From: Octopus sinensis
Lineage: Eukaryota
Assembly: GCF_006345805.1 (NCBI RefSeq)
Contig: NW_021832533.1
Span: forward strand, 1-64,000
Length of the DNA stretch: 64,000 nucleotides
Direction of reading: 5' to 3'
Position numbers and translations under genes: made by a program. This document shows, one piece after another, positions 29,560 through 41,821 of this stretch (position 1 is the first letter of the stretch; each line of letters opens with the position of its first letter). The notes beneath the pieces are model-generated. The model was given only the letters and a program-made list of their open reading frames with translations, was not told where the DNA came from and searched no databases.

Positions 29560-32500
29560 TCATTTTTGAGTGGACAGGAGATCCCAATCCCATACAACCA
29601 GCGAAACATCGTCATTAGCCACCACCCTTCGGTCTAACTACATCAAACTCCACCCAATTCACCTGCAGTGACGTTCCTCACTCCATTCCCACACGACACC
29701 ACGCGAATCGAATCAAGTTTACACCGTCCGCTCGAGTCAATATTCCCACCTGCCATACACCGACCAAGCAAACGTGAAGAACACACTGCATTTAGTCCAA
29801 CAACCAAATTCTTATGAGCTACCGGCAGCACATATGAACTCCCCAGGTCAACTCTCGGCATAAAAGTAGTGGGCAGGACTATCGAGTCCGTATGTCTATA
29901 CACTCTATGAATATTACTCTCCCCTTCCACCGGGTTATTGCCTACATTATCCACCAAAACAAACAAATATCCAATTTAAATGACTGGACGAGCCCACTCG
30001 AGTGCCCAACCCACAACATATTCCCAAATATCTTTAAAACAGAAGGAGATGACATCTTTGAGTAATCACCCATCACTAAACCATCCCTCCACATTAAAAA
30101 ACAACCAGGAATCGAACTCAAAACAGCACTACACAATCTTTCACTCAGATTGACCTCCTGGACTCGACTGTGACTGAACACATTGTAAAGATAAATTGTA
30201 GTAGAGCCTACAAAGGATACCCAAACTCCATCCCCTGCCCACACCAGACATTTGACTTCCTCATGATCCCTTCCAATCACGTGGGACTTCTAAGAAGGAT
30301 AGACATCCAAGATTACATAACAATTCGATTGCTCACAATCAACCACAAAAATACGATTTTTCGAGGCACACCAAAGAAGTGAATCCCCGATGACTACCAT
30401 CGTGGATATCGACCCCAAAGTGACCCCATCTTGACACTGACAAATCACAGTGTAGTCCTCACTCCACTGCCCGTCCTCTACTCACTCCCTCACCCCTCAT
30501 TTACCTCCTCGCACAAAACAGGCCAATCCACTCTTCCCCGTCCCAACAAAAACCTTTCCACGGACACATCTACAACATAAATGTGAGACTGTGACTTTAT
30601 TCCAGTCACGCTACTTCCAACATTGAACTCGAGGAGGCATTCGGAGAAGTCTGAGGCACTCGGCAAGACCCTCAGATCCCCGTTGGTACCCCCAACCCAC
30701 ACCGTTGGCAACACGGATTTGAATTTCCTTATGAGTTGGGACAAAGTTAGCTTGACCAGCTCATCTTCCCGTGGAAAATAATCTTTTTCCGCAATTTTTG
30801 AGTTTTCAGGGTCAGATTTGGACGGAAATGAACAACCTGTGGTTTGAAGATCCCAAATAACACCAGGAATTGATTCCATGGTTGTTACGTAACCAGGAAC
30901 GCGGAAAACCGAAAGAGGACAATCCGGTTGATTCACGTCAATCACGGAAACCAGACTTTCATCCATATTTATGAGTTTAGAGGACGTCCAAAGAATTGGA
31001 GAGACCGCTCCTTCCACCCCAATCCTCGACGTACTCACCACTTTATGATATTTCTAAAAAATTAACAAAAATGGAAAAACAGCCAATCTTTGATTTAATG
31101 AATTCATTTTGTAATTTCCGTAATTTTCCGTGATTTCATTTCCGTGATTCCGCGGGTAAAATACACTCGTTCCAACTATTTTGGCACCGGCACTCGTATA
31201 GACCGGGCCATCACTCACCACGGTGATCACGGCACAGAGGGATGAGACCTCGCGATCCTTGAATGGGTGGTACACCTCCGGATCACCGTGATCCCGGGTT
31301 TCCACGGAAGGAACCAACTGTCCTTTCACTGACTTTCTGAAAATATTTTTGAAGCTATTATTTCAGTTGCGGGATTACATTGAGTTTTTTTTCCTTTTTT
31401 TGGTCTCTTCGAATCCGTTGATGTAATCACGGAGTTCGAGATACATCCGCTTGTATTTATTCCGTGATTCCATTATGGACACCAATTCGTACTCCGTGAA
31501 ATATGAGGTTTCCATATTTTTTATTTTCTACTCAAAAAATGACATTTTTATCAAAACATTTTCCAAATCCAGAATTCGTTGATTTGAGAGCGAAATTTGA
31601 TCAATTTTTGACTTTAAAGCGATTTTTAGTGAGTTTTTTGAAGTTTCAGACAGTTGAATGCGACTGTGCAGCAGTTCGTTCTCACTGGACGTGATTTATG
31701 GCCAAAACCTATTAATAGCCTCCATTTGCTGACTCAGTTCTCGGTTGACCGTAGTGAGGGCATACCACGAGTCACGGAGGTCCTTGTTCTCCCGAAGGAT
31801 CTTGTCTGTCTCCGCATGTATGTCTACACGTGTATACTCACTAATCAACCAGAGAAAGGACTTGAATATTCCAATTTTTTTTGTTGTTTCTGATTATTTG
31901 GTCTGGCTGGTTTGCAGGATTGTGCTGCCTGGGATATAAAACTAGTTTCTGATTGGTCAGTTTGTCCGCGAGGTGTCACCGTGGGACTCTTTTCGGTCTG
32001 AGGAGCAGATTTGTCGACTTGTAATGGCGTGTCTGATTAATTCACGCTTAAATACCATTTGTGTTTTTTTTGGAGAAGCAAATTCCAGAATCGGTGAATT
32101 GAGTAAATTTTACTACTGGACCTATTTCAGTCCTCGAATTCTCCAATCCACGTGGTTTAGGTCTTGGTGGAAGACTTGATCTCTTCTTCATATTTGTACC
32201 TTATATTTTATATTGATCAAAAACCTGTTTCTGATGCCATAACTCGTAATCTAGTCACCTCTGGGTGGATTAACTCGACAGATTCCGCTGTATCCTCCCC
32301 AACCCGAATTTCCGACTTGGTAGGATTAACTGAAGTGATCTCATTGATCTTCTTGGTCTCAGATTTGAGGGCCGTTTGTGATTCTGATATTAAACTTGGG
32401 AAGGTTTGAGAAGTATCCGTTTTGGTATGATGAGCTAAAGTGACCTCATTAGTCTTCATTGTCTCAGATTTGAGGGCCGTTTCTGATTCTGAGGGCACAT

Positions 32501-34355
32501 TTGTAAAAGTAAAAGTTTGAGACGTATCCGTTTTGGTAGGATTAATTGAAATGGCCTCATTGGCCTCCTTTGTCTCAGATTTGAGGGCCGTTTCTGATTC
32601 TGAGGGCACATTTGTAAAAGTAAAAGTTTGAGACGTATCCGTTTTGGTAGGATTAATTGAAATGGCCTCATTGTCCTCCTTTGTCTCAGATTTGAGGGCC
32701 GTTTCCAATTCTGAAGATATATTTGTGAAAATTTGAGAAGTATCCGTTTTGGTATGATGAACTAAAGTGGCCTCATTAGTCTCCTTTGTCTCACATTTGA
32801 GGACTGTTTCTGACTCTGAGGGCACATTCAGAGAAGTATCCGTTTTGGTATGAAGAACCAAAGTGCCCTCATTAGTCTCCTTTGCGTCAGATTTGAGGAC
32901 TGTTTCTGGTTCTGAGGGTAAGCTTATGAAAATTTGAGGAGAATCCATTTTGATGTGATGAACTAAATAGGCCTCATTAGTCTTCTTTATCTCAGATTTG
33001 AGGATAGTTTCTGATTCTGAGGGCACATTTGTGAAAATTTGAGAACTATCTGTTTTGGTATGATGAACTAAAGCGGCCTCATTGATTTCCTTCGTCTCAC
33101 ATTTGAGAACTGTTTCTGACTCTGAGGGAAAATTTTGGAAGGTTTGAAAAGAATCCATCTCGACTGGATAAACTAAAGTGGCTTCATTAGAATTCTTTGA
33201 CTCGGATTTGATAACCATTTCTGATTCTGAGGGTACATTTGGGAAGGTTTGAGAAGAATCCGTGGAATGTGAAGAGACATATGTCGGGTTACAATCTAAA
33301 GTGGGGAAATAAGGACCGACACTTGAAAGATCTCCCAATTCTTCCTCATAGTCCATTTCATCCACAGCCAAGTTATCTTGAACTACTAAAAAACTCAAAA
33401 ACCCTTAAAATGCTGTGCTGATAACTTCATTTGAGAAAAGCTCGTACAGTTTCTATTTTTTACATTTTTTGAGGTACCCCAAAGAGGATTGACTCTTCTC
33501 TTCACATTCTGCCACATTCTCTGTCTTTTGGGGACTCAGAGTACTCAATATATCCACCGAAGAAGTCTCGTGGCTCACAGCAAAGTCACAAAAAATAGAC
33601 TTGTTGCTATCACATATTAGATTGTGGTCTACCTCTCGGCGGTTGGTTCAAATTGTTCTATAATTTGTGTTTTCTGTCAATAAACCGCATACCTTTTTGA
33701 TTTATTGGCTCTGTCGATTGGTCCAAATTGTCCTGATTTGTGGTCAAATTGTCCTCAATTCGGGAAAAGTAAAGTGCTCTCAGCTGGGCATATTAGTACA
33801 CACACAACCCGGTGATGGTCATTCAACAACTTGTCAAATTCGTGCTTTAAATTATAATAATTCTCGTTTGAAATTTGATCTAAAATATTTTTATAATTTT
33901 TGAATATTTGTATTATTTTTTAAATGATTAATTAACCTCTTTTAATATAATAATTTAGTTTATTTTCCATAGATTGTTTCAGTTCGTTGTAGAGTACTAT
34001 CTGCTCTTCCAGCGACAAACAAACCTCGCTGTACTTGTACTCAAATTCGATCAATTTCTACAAAATACTAAAAAAGTGGACAAAAAACAGTGTCGGTGGT
34101 GGTTCGAGCGGTTTTTTCGAGGTTATATTGAGTCGATAGTTGTTTGTTGTCGTCTATTTTGTACATAAGTTCTTCGTAGTAGGTCTCCTTCTCTCGATTG
34201 CACTTTTCGAGTTCGTAAAACACGTCGGCAAGTATATTTGAAATTTCGTTGAGGATTCCTTCATCTACTCCTGTTAGGACTGTCCGGAGAGCAATGCTTG
34301 TGTTGAGTGCTAGGACTCGTATTCCGTTTGTAAGGATCATTTGAGGTTCTTCCAT
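29560..34355 (-). CDS. JNK-interacting scaffold JIP3/JIP4 (SPAG9/Sunday driver)-like, multi-exon
   Basis: N-terminal DDNKQLSTQYNLEKTAR (cf. DDNEQLITQYEREKALR); C-terminal LPTVWVGG, EDGQW, WAGDGVWVS, LWVGHSSG, LVVWD; exon borders only partly resolved. Confidence 0.8.
32310..33270 (-). repeat. Coding tandem repeat, about 9 x 35 aa (about 105 nt)
   Basis: Unit SESETVLKSETKETNEATLVHHTKTDTSQIFTNVP inside the open 393-codon exon. Confidence 0.92.
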
Positions 34356-34542
34356 AAATTTGAATTTATTGCTATTAAAATGAAAATTAAAAAAAACCAA
34401 TTTAGAATGTAATGGTGCCACAATAAAAATTTTATCAAAATATATTTTATTATTTTATATTTATGAAAACATTGTTATAATTTAATTAATTAAAAAAGTT
34501 TTTTAATATTAATAAAATTATTTTTTATCCATTTAATCGGCT

Positions 34543-34900
34543 ATACAATAGATGCAGAACTGGCCCTCTGATGTGGAAATCGTCAATATGCGGTGGAAGT
34601 TATTTGGCCATATTCTACGAATGGACTTGCTTGCCCCAGCTAACATAGCAATGGAGGGCTACTTCCTGAAAGAGGGATCGAGCTTCCGTGGACGTCCACG
34701 TGTTACGCTGCCGAAACACTTGACGGAGACCTGAAATGTGTGAAGAAAAGGCTAAGGAGTGGTGAGGATCTGGACGAGCTGAGGAAACTCGCTCACGACA
34801 GAGGAGGTTGGAGGAGGCTGGTTCAAAGGATTGTTTTTAATGCTGCACGAGTAAAATTATAACTAATATGATTCTACGTATGTTGCAAATAATAATAATA
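34543..34900 (+). mobile_element. 5'-truncated RTE LINE (3' end near-identical to 41822-42150)
   Basis: RWKLFGHILRM...RGRPR; (TAA)n tail; flanking direct repeat ATTTAA(A)TCGGCT. Confidence 0.85.
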
Positions 34901-34959
34901 ATTTAAATCGGCTGCACTTTTTATTCACTTTTTTTTATTTACTGTAGTTTCGTTTGACA

Positions 34960-36420
34960 TTTTCCCTTTGAAACACCCAACTGGTCTTTTATAGACGACT
35001 AATCCCAGTTAAAAGGAACCCTACAATCCTTGGAGTTACATTCGACCCATCAATGACGTTCAAAAATCAAGTGGAGTCAATGGTTTCACGAATCCAAAAG
35101 AAGATCGGAATTCTCAAAGCTTTTGCTAGATCTCCAATATCTTCTATTCCACATTTTGAGTTATTATACAAACAATATGGAGAGATCTCAGGCAAAAAGT
35201 GCTGTAGAATACAGAGAAAAGATGCGAAGGTTTCTAAAATTGAACACGCATGCGCTTTTCGGATCACGCCTGGAAGTCTTACAGAACCAGTGCTTTCGGA
35301 TTTTACTGAAACGTGATAAAATGACGTTGACTTCGGAAGTGAGAAATACACTCAATGTTAAAAAACTAATGGACCATCTTACAGAAAGACAGCACATCTT
35401 CTTACAAAAAGAGTATCTTGCCTATGAGAAGTGTGTTAGGAAATTTGAAAAAAACCATCCCCTTTTGGACATTGATTAAGAAAGATAACAGGAGACGCAC
35501 TGACACTGTGGGGATGTAGAACCTAATCCCGGTCCAAAGGGAGACATATCAATTCTTCAACTAAATATCAACGGAGTTACTGGAAAATCAACAGAACTAA
35601 ATTCCTTTTTGATCAAGCATGATATTGACGTATGTGTACTCCAGGAAACAAAACTCAATCCATTTTCGAGGTCCTCATTTTGTCACAGATCTACGCCGTT
35701 TGATAAACTTGATAACCTAATCATTTGTGGGGACTTGAATGCAAAACACCCGCATTGGTTAAAGTCACAAACCGCTGACTCCCGAGGAAAGTCTATTCTC
35801 GAGCAATTGGACAATCTTGTAATCCTGAACAATCCCTCACTGCACACAAGAACTCCATACAACACCAAGGACAAGCCTACCTCCCCCGATCTGACCCTTT
35901 GTCCTTCCAACCTCGCACTTCTGGACAAATGGGGCGTTATCTACGATTTACGGAGCAACCACAATCCGTTAATTATAAAAGTCCAAGTCAAATCGCCCCT
36001 CAGAAAGGAGTTCCCCAACCTGAAATACGACTACAAGCACGCAGATTGGGTCAAATTGATTGGACGAAAATCATTCTTAAAAATGAGGAAAATTTATTCA
36101 AAATTTCCTTCGAGGATTCAACCTCTAATCAAAGAACGGAAGTCATTGAAAGGTAGCTTACAAGAGATAGCCGGAATCGGATCAGACTACTGAATAAAGT
36201 CATAGTACAGTCCTGAAGGCCCACCCCTTTCGCCAGCTCTTTTTAACTTATTCTTATCGGACCTGCCGCTGCCAAACGACAAAGACTTAATCATACGCTG
36301 ACGATATTCTGATTGCTACTCGGAGTCGTGAGGCAAGTTCAAAACTGCAGAACTACTTTCACAATCTCGAATGTTGACTTTCGATAAATCGACTATCAAC
36401 GAGTCCTGAAAAATCAGTCA
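34960..36420 (+). mobile_element. Rearranged APE-type LINE relics, including a 2A-like motif before the endonuclease
   Basis: RT tail ILGVTFD (34960-35480); CGDVEPNPGP then LQLNING, QETKL, ICGDLNAKH, SPDLTL; degraded RT LSPALFNLFLSDLP. Confidence 0.75.
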
Positions 36421-36574
36421 CCACGCTTCTGACTTCAGCAAGGAAGCTTAGGAAAATGGTGGTGAACTTGATTAGTTATATGTTTAATTAGTTCTATGTT
36501 TTGGACGGTGATCTTGGTTTTAATAATAATAATTAGAAAATAAAATTCAAAAATAACGGTTTTTGTGGTTGTCA

Positions 36575-37046
36575 ATGCCTTTTTACGAGTTATCATTAAT
36601 AACAAAATCTGGACACAAAGTTCATTCATTTTAATAATATTCAAGTCAGAATTGTTCGATATCCTTAAAAAAGTGACAAAATTACTGACCCAAGAGGGAG
36701 CACTCATACACAAAATGGAGAACCACGGCTATCGACCCCTCCCAAATCCCCGAAAGAAATTAGGCCTTAAATATACAGACGGAAAGTAAGGACATGTTAA
36801 TGAACCTCCAGTTACTTCATCCTCAAATGCACTATTCCCTCAAAAGGAGTCCTGTCATCGGTCACCCACCTGAACAGGGACTCGGATGTGATTCGATCGG
36901 ACTTTTCTAGGCTTACCAACTCCATTCCTCGGCCATGTGAGTATGGGCCATGCTTTTTTGGTGAGGTATCTGAGGTTTGGAAGGAGAAACTCAAATATAT
37001 TTCAAAATCTCGACCTTTCAAGAATATTTATGTGCCAAAATATTAA
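36575..37046 (+). CDS. MRPS6: Mitochondrial ribosomal protein S6 (2 introns of 26 nt; 139 aa)
   Basis: MPFYELSLI..., GALIHKMENHGYRPLP, YFIL, HLNRDSDVIR parallel MRPS6 (MPRYEL, GAIVRDLENLGERALP, HLSRDIDVIR); spliced length 420 nt. Confidence 0.8.
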
Positions 37047-37065
37047 TTTTTAAAAAAGTACTTGC

Positions 37066-37568
37066 TGGGATTCGAACCCAGGACTTTTGTTTTTCATTTC
37101 ATTAGCACATAATTTTATTGTGTAAGTAAATGGATTTTTGAGTTTGTTTATTTTTGAATAATTTTTTTTCCGTGGTTTTTACAAAATATTTTTAGTAAAT
37201 TCTTTCACAGCTTTCTTTCGTTTGTCCAAAATGGATATTACAAATTTGGCGTGTTTTGGTTGAAATGGCTCTTTAAATTTGATTTTTTGTTCTGATTTAA
37301 AACTCTCTGACAAATAGGGCATTTTAGTAGTTGTGAATGCAAAAGATTCTATTCATTTTGATCAAAAATGTTGCCTATAAAGATAATGCAAAACAAAATA
37401 AAATTCTAGCTAGGTAGATAAATAAAAAATAGTCTATAATCTAAGAGTAAGCCTCATTGCAGAAAACGAGTCGACAGAAGAGGCATCCCAAACCTGAATT
37501 TTCCTTCCCTAAAAGAATGATAGTCATTCTTGGGATTCGAACCCAGGACTTTTGTTTTTCATTTCATT
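37066..37568 (-). repeat. Two identical 38-bp tRNA T-arm/B-box-like segments (37066-37103 and 37531-37568)
   Basis: Minus strand reads CTGGGTTCGAATCCCA; no convincing full cloverleaf. Confidence 0.5.
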
Positions 37569-37857
37569 GGCCCGTCGCGACGCTTACCCTCAGCCCGAGA
37601 GAGGCTTCAAAGTGGAAGAAAAACCTGCCGTCTCTTGAACCTTCCTGCTCAAAAAGAAGAGATTCATCGAAAATGACAGCTCTACCATCAGCCTTATATC
37701 CCCTGTCCTCAACAATCGCCCTACTATTCCCTTATATGATAATTCAGTTACTCCAAAGTAGTCAAACTGATATCTACAAATCAAATCCTAAAGAGAAATC
37801 AAAAAACAAGACAAAATAAAAGTTAATACATATTTTAAGACAAACAATTAGTGTTTA

Positions 37858-39464
37858 TTAAAGTCCTCTGATGATTTTGATAGCCTCGACAGCCTTTGAA
37901 TGATCCAACCCCTTCTCGGCCACACTATAAATACCCCCAACCAAATAATACGGAGCATTGGTCTTCCCATTAACCACAAACAGAGGATTTGGTTTTTCCA
38001 GCACTTGGGAATTCACAGAGAGCCCGTCGAGGTACTGTTTCAGAATACTCCGCAAGTACTGATTTTCATTCGACAGTCTTCTCTGTCTTTCTTCCATGGA
38101 TAATACGTCTAAAGAGACCGAGTTGAATCTCTTCCAAATTTGTTCTCGCTCTTGGTCTTTGAGGATATTCTGAATATTTTTTGAGTTTTTTGTACTTTGA
38201 AAGAGTCCAGCTGATCGGAATAAGTTGTCGGGGTTTGGTTGAGTTCTTCGTCTGTCACCGCGGACTCGTAGAAGGGGAGGATCTTCTCCTGTTCGGTCTC
38301 CAATTTACGACACTGCTCTCCAAGCATGACAAGTCTTTTTCCTGTTTTTAAGATTTTTTCTAATTTTTTGATCGCAGACGAGCTTTTGACTGCAACTTGA
38401 CTAAGACGGTCTTTTTCTATTTGTCTGAGTTTGCCCATGTCGGATTTCATTGAATAAAATATTTTGTTTGTTTTATCTTTCTCCTAGTATTTATATATTT
38501 ATATTTATACTTGTTTTAATTTATTATTTATTTCATCATTTTCCCGTTGATTTTTTGCCAGTTTAAATTTTACCTGGTTGATGTTGTCCTACAATATTAT
38601 ATCTCAAAACCGTCAATTTTTGAATCTTTTTTCGCTGTTTTGAAATTTCCACCGAATTTTGAACATCTTTCGCACTCAGATCTTCAAAAAGCCTTCTCCT
38701 TTCTTCTGTAGACTTGTTGTAGTTGTCATACGTTTGTTTGAACTCTTTCCATAGGTTTTCTCCTACAAGATCAAGCTGTGCCTTCAAGGAATGTTTTTCT
38801 TCCAAACTCTGCCTCATTAAAAACATTTTGCCTTATTTTTTATCTCGTCGACTTGGTTTTGGTAATTGGCATCGATTTGGGCCTCTTTTTGTTCGTGGCT
38901 CAGTTTAAGGGCAAAGAAAATGTCAGCCAAATCGCTCAAATCCTTCTTGTTTTTCTTTTCAAGTAATTGGAGCTCTTCTTCTGATTTTTCTGTCATGTTT
39001 TGACACTCGTCGCCGAACTTTGATCCCTCGTTATACAAGAATTGTCTCTGGAAGTCTAAAATTGGCTTGATTGATTAAAAACCGACGATTTTGTCCACGT
39101 TTTGGAGGTGGCTGGCCACGGAATTTTCGTATTGTTGTTTGGCCTCGTCGATTTGTTCGAGAAGGTTGGAAATTGTGACTTTTTTGAGGTCGAGAATTCG
39201 TTGGAATGTTTGGTGGAGGATGAAGGACTGTTTTTTGAGTTCTTCTGCCTTGTCTCTTCTCATTCGGACACGTGTGTAGAGATTGACTAGTTTTTTGCTT
39301 TTATGGAAGGCTTTGGATTCTTTGGCGGATTTTATTTTGAGATATTCGCAGAGCATGATTTCTTTCTTTTTTGCTGCTTCTTTTTCGGCTATTTTTTGTC
39401 GTTCCATTTGGAGGATTTTTTCTTCTTCGTTGATTATTTTTTTGAGGGGGTTTTTTGGTGGCAT
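37858..39464 (-). CDS. CCDC65: Dynein regulatory complex subunit DRC2
   Basis: AAKKKE..L.EYLK, QTFQRILD.K, ASHLQNVD, LRSILKQYLDGLSV..NPLFVVN. Confidence 0.85.
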
Positions 39465-39589
39465 ATTTGGTCTCTCTGTTGCTTCGATTTATTTATTTAT
39501 TTTTATAATTTAAATTTTAAATAAAAATTATTAATCAAAATAAATTTAATTATTCTAAAAAATTCTTTATTTTTATTACCTAAAATTTT

Positions 39590-39740
39590 ATTATTTCCGG
39601 ATAACTAAAAAAATAACCCCAAATAACCTAACAATTATACGTCTTTAAAAAATTTTTATTGGTGGAAATCTAAAAATTATGTTTCATTAATTGATGATTT
39701 AAAACTTTTTGCTGTGGAGTAGGAAACGTGAAAAATGTAG
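39590..39740 (-). pseudogene. Fragment resembling the last intron/exon of the SORD-like gene (also at about 44320-44492)
   Basis: Shares TTCCGGATAACTAAAAAAATA...AATTATACGT with 48860-48910. Confidence 0.6.
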
Positions 39741-40318
39741 AATGTGAATATTTACTTTAGACTAACTGGATTAGAGAATCATTTTGAGAAATCAGCAAAA
39801 AAATTTTTATTTATTAAGGAATAGTGCTCCATTAGAGGATGGACTAAATAGCCATCGTTATTTGGAAGTTTTAGAAGGCGGATGCAGTAGAGAATTTAAA
39901 TTGGATTTACTTCAATATAATCTACTAATTTAAGTTTTTTTAGAATCTTCTAAAACATTTAGATTTTAGGGGGGGGAGGATGTATACATATGATGTGCTT
40001 GCCATCGACTTATCATTATATAAGTTCACAGATTTTCTTATTTGCGATATCTTATAAATAGTATTAAGTTAGCCAATTTTTGTTTAATTTATAAATAATT
40101 GTGATTTATTTACTGATTTGATAGAAGTGTTTAGTTATTGCTCCAAAATGCTCGAGAGGTGAAATATTTGTACATCTAGAATTAAAAAATATTGTTTTCA
40201 TTACGCCCCGAAATATACGTGCAAAGTAATATATATTAACAAAAAACAGTTTAATAAATATATCAATTCAATGTCTAACCACTGAGTTATTCACAATAAA
40301 ATATGACCTGAAATTATA

Positions 40319-41154
40319 ATGGTGACACTTGTCCTATTTTTTGTTTGCTTTGTGATACAAAAAGACTGTGATTTGACAGGAAGGTTTTTTAAGAATTGTT
40401 TAATTTAAAAGATTACCTAATTTAAACAACTGTAGTTTCAATGGAGAAAATGCTGCGGGAGATGGGATATTAATTAGCATAGAGAGAAACGTTACATTTC
40501 CTAATGGAGAAATATTCTTCCATCTAGAACATTTAGAACATTTGTAATCAATATTTCTTTAATACTAGTAAGTGTGCTGGAGACTCGTTGAAGAAAATAC
40601 TAAACAACTCATTTGATGGGTTGAAAAAATTATACTATATGTATATTTAAATATTTCGAATTATTAGAGATTTGTATGACTGTAATAAACTTCGTTACGT
40701 CAATGTAGATAGTTTTGCACGTCTAGCCGCATTTTTACATCTGTACAAATCTTATTCTAACATTAAAGTCACATGCCGTCAAATACTATTTTTCAGTCGC
40801 CAAAAATCAGTCGTCCTGTCAGGCTTTAGTATTTTAAATTACTGACTGTGTAGTTTTTATAAAGACCAGAAAATGTGCATGTTCACAAACGGGTCCCAAC
40901 CCACACTGTATACTTTGTTATTCTCATATAAGAATTACGACAGTGATGAATGTACCAAATATCCGATTAGTCGACAACAGTGTGGAAATAAAATTAGATC
41001 AAAATCAAGAGACAACACTAACTATGCAAGAAGCATTTGGTGTGTTTTTATACTCACAATAGATTGCAACTTCTGTGACCATCCCACCCCAATAAACATG
41101 ATATGCAGAAAGGATCCTGCTCAATCAAAAATTAGAATATCAGTTATTAACTAA
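40319..41154 (+). CDS. Secreted LRR family copy C (intact, 8 exons)
   Basis: Same seven introns as copy A; MVTLVLFFVCFVIQKDC...HFKCAGDSLKKILNNSFDGLKKLYYIDLYDCNKLRY...ICRKDPAQSKIRISVIN* with no internal stop. Confidence 0.85.
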
Positions 41155-41821
41155 CCTAATTATTTGTTCTAATATTTCCTTGTTCCTCTTCTTATCTCTT
41201 ATTAGTGTTACATGCAGTAGTGACAGTCAAAGATACATTATCTATCTCAAATATATGTTGAGATTCGGCTCTCTGAGAAATGACTCTCTCGATTGTCAAT
41301 TCCAAATTGACGTTATAAAAATCTGCTGCTTAGTTTTTGATTAACTATTGATCTATTATTGTTTCAATTCAATGGTTCTTTATTAATTCTTTATCCATTA
41401 TTTAGTTAAGAACCCAGATCGTCAGTGATTTCTCTTTGCTTGGAAAAAGAGCTCGGCAAAAACATCCCTTAATTTTTTATTTCTGCATCATAGTAGTTGT
41501 TCAGCTGAGTGTTCTCGCAACATGACTCTTAGGTTCTAGACTATGTTTTATCAACTTAGCTAGAATTTAATTTTGTTTTGCATCATAACCTTTTATATTT
41601 TTTGAAATAGGCAATATTTTTGATCAAAATGATTTAGAAATCATGTAAAACTTAATGATTTAGAAATGTTTCCATTATTGCAAAGCATACTAGGTATTAA
41701 ATACAAAGATAAAAATATTTTAGATAATAATATGTGACATGGGCAACTATGTCGCTATGGGCAGCCTGTCCTTTTACGTGTTTCTATGGCAACCGCAGAA
41801 AAGGTATTAAATATTGAATAT

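Noticed and set aside
37450-37830. Coding-like segment between MRPS6 and CCDC65
   Set aside because: No start codon or recognisable homology could be assembled on either strand
40388-40640. Diversity-generating retroelement acting on the LRR genes
   Set aside because: Differences are not adenine-specific, there is no template/variable repeat pair, and nearby RTs are ordinary LINEs
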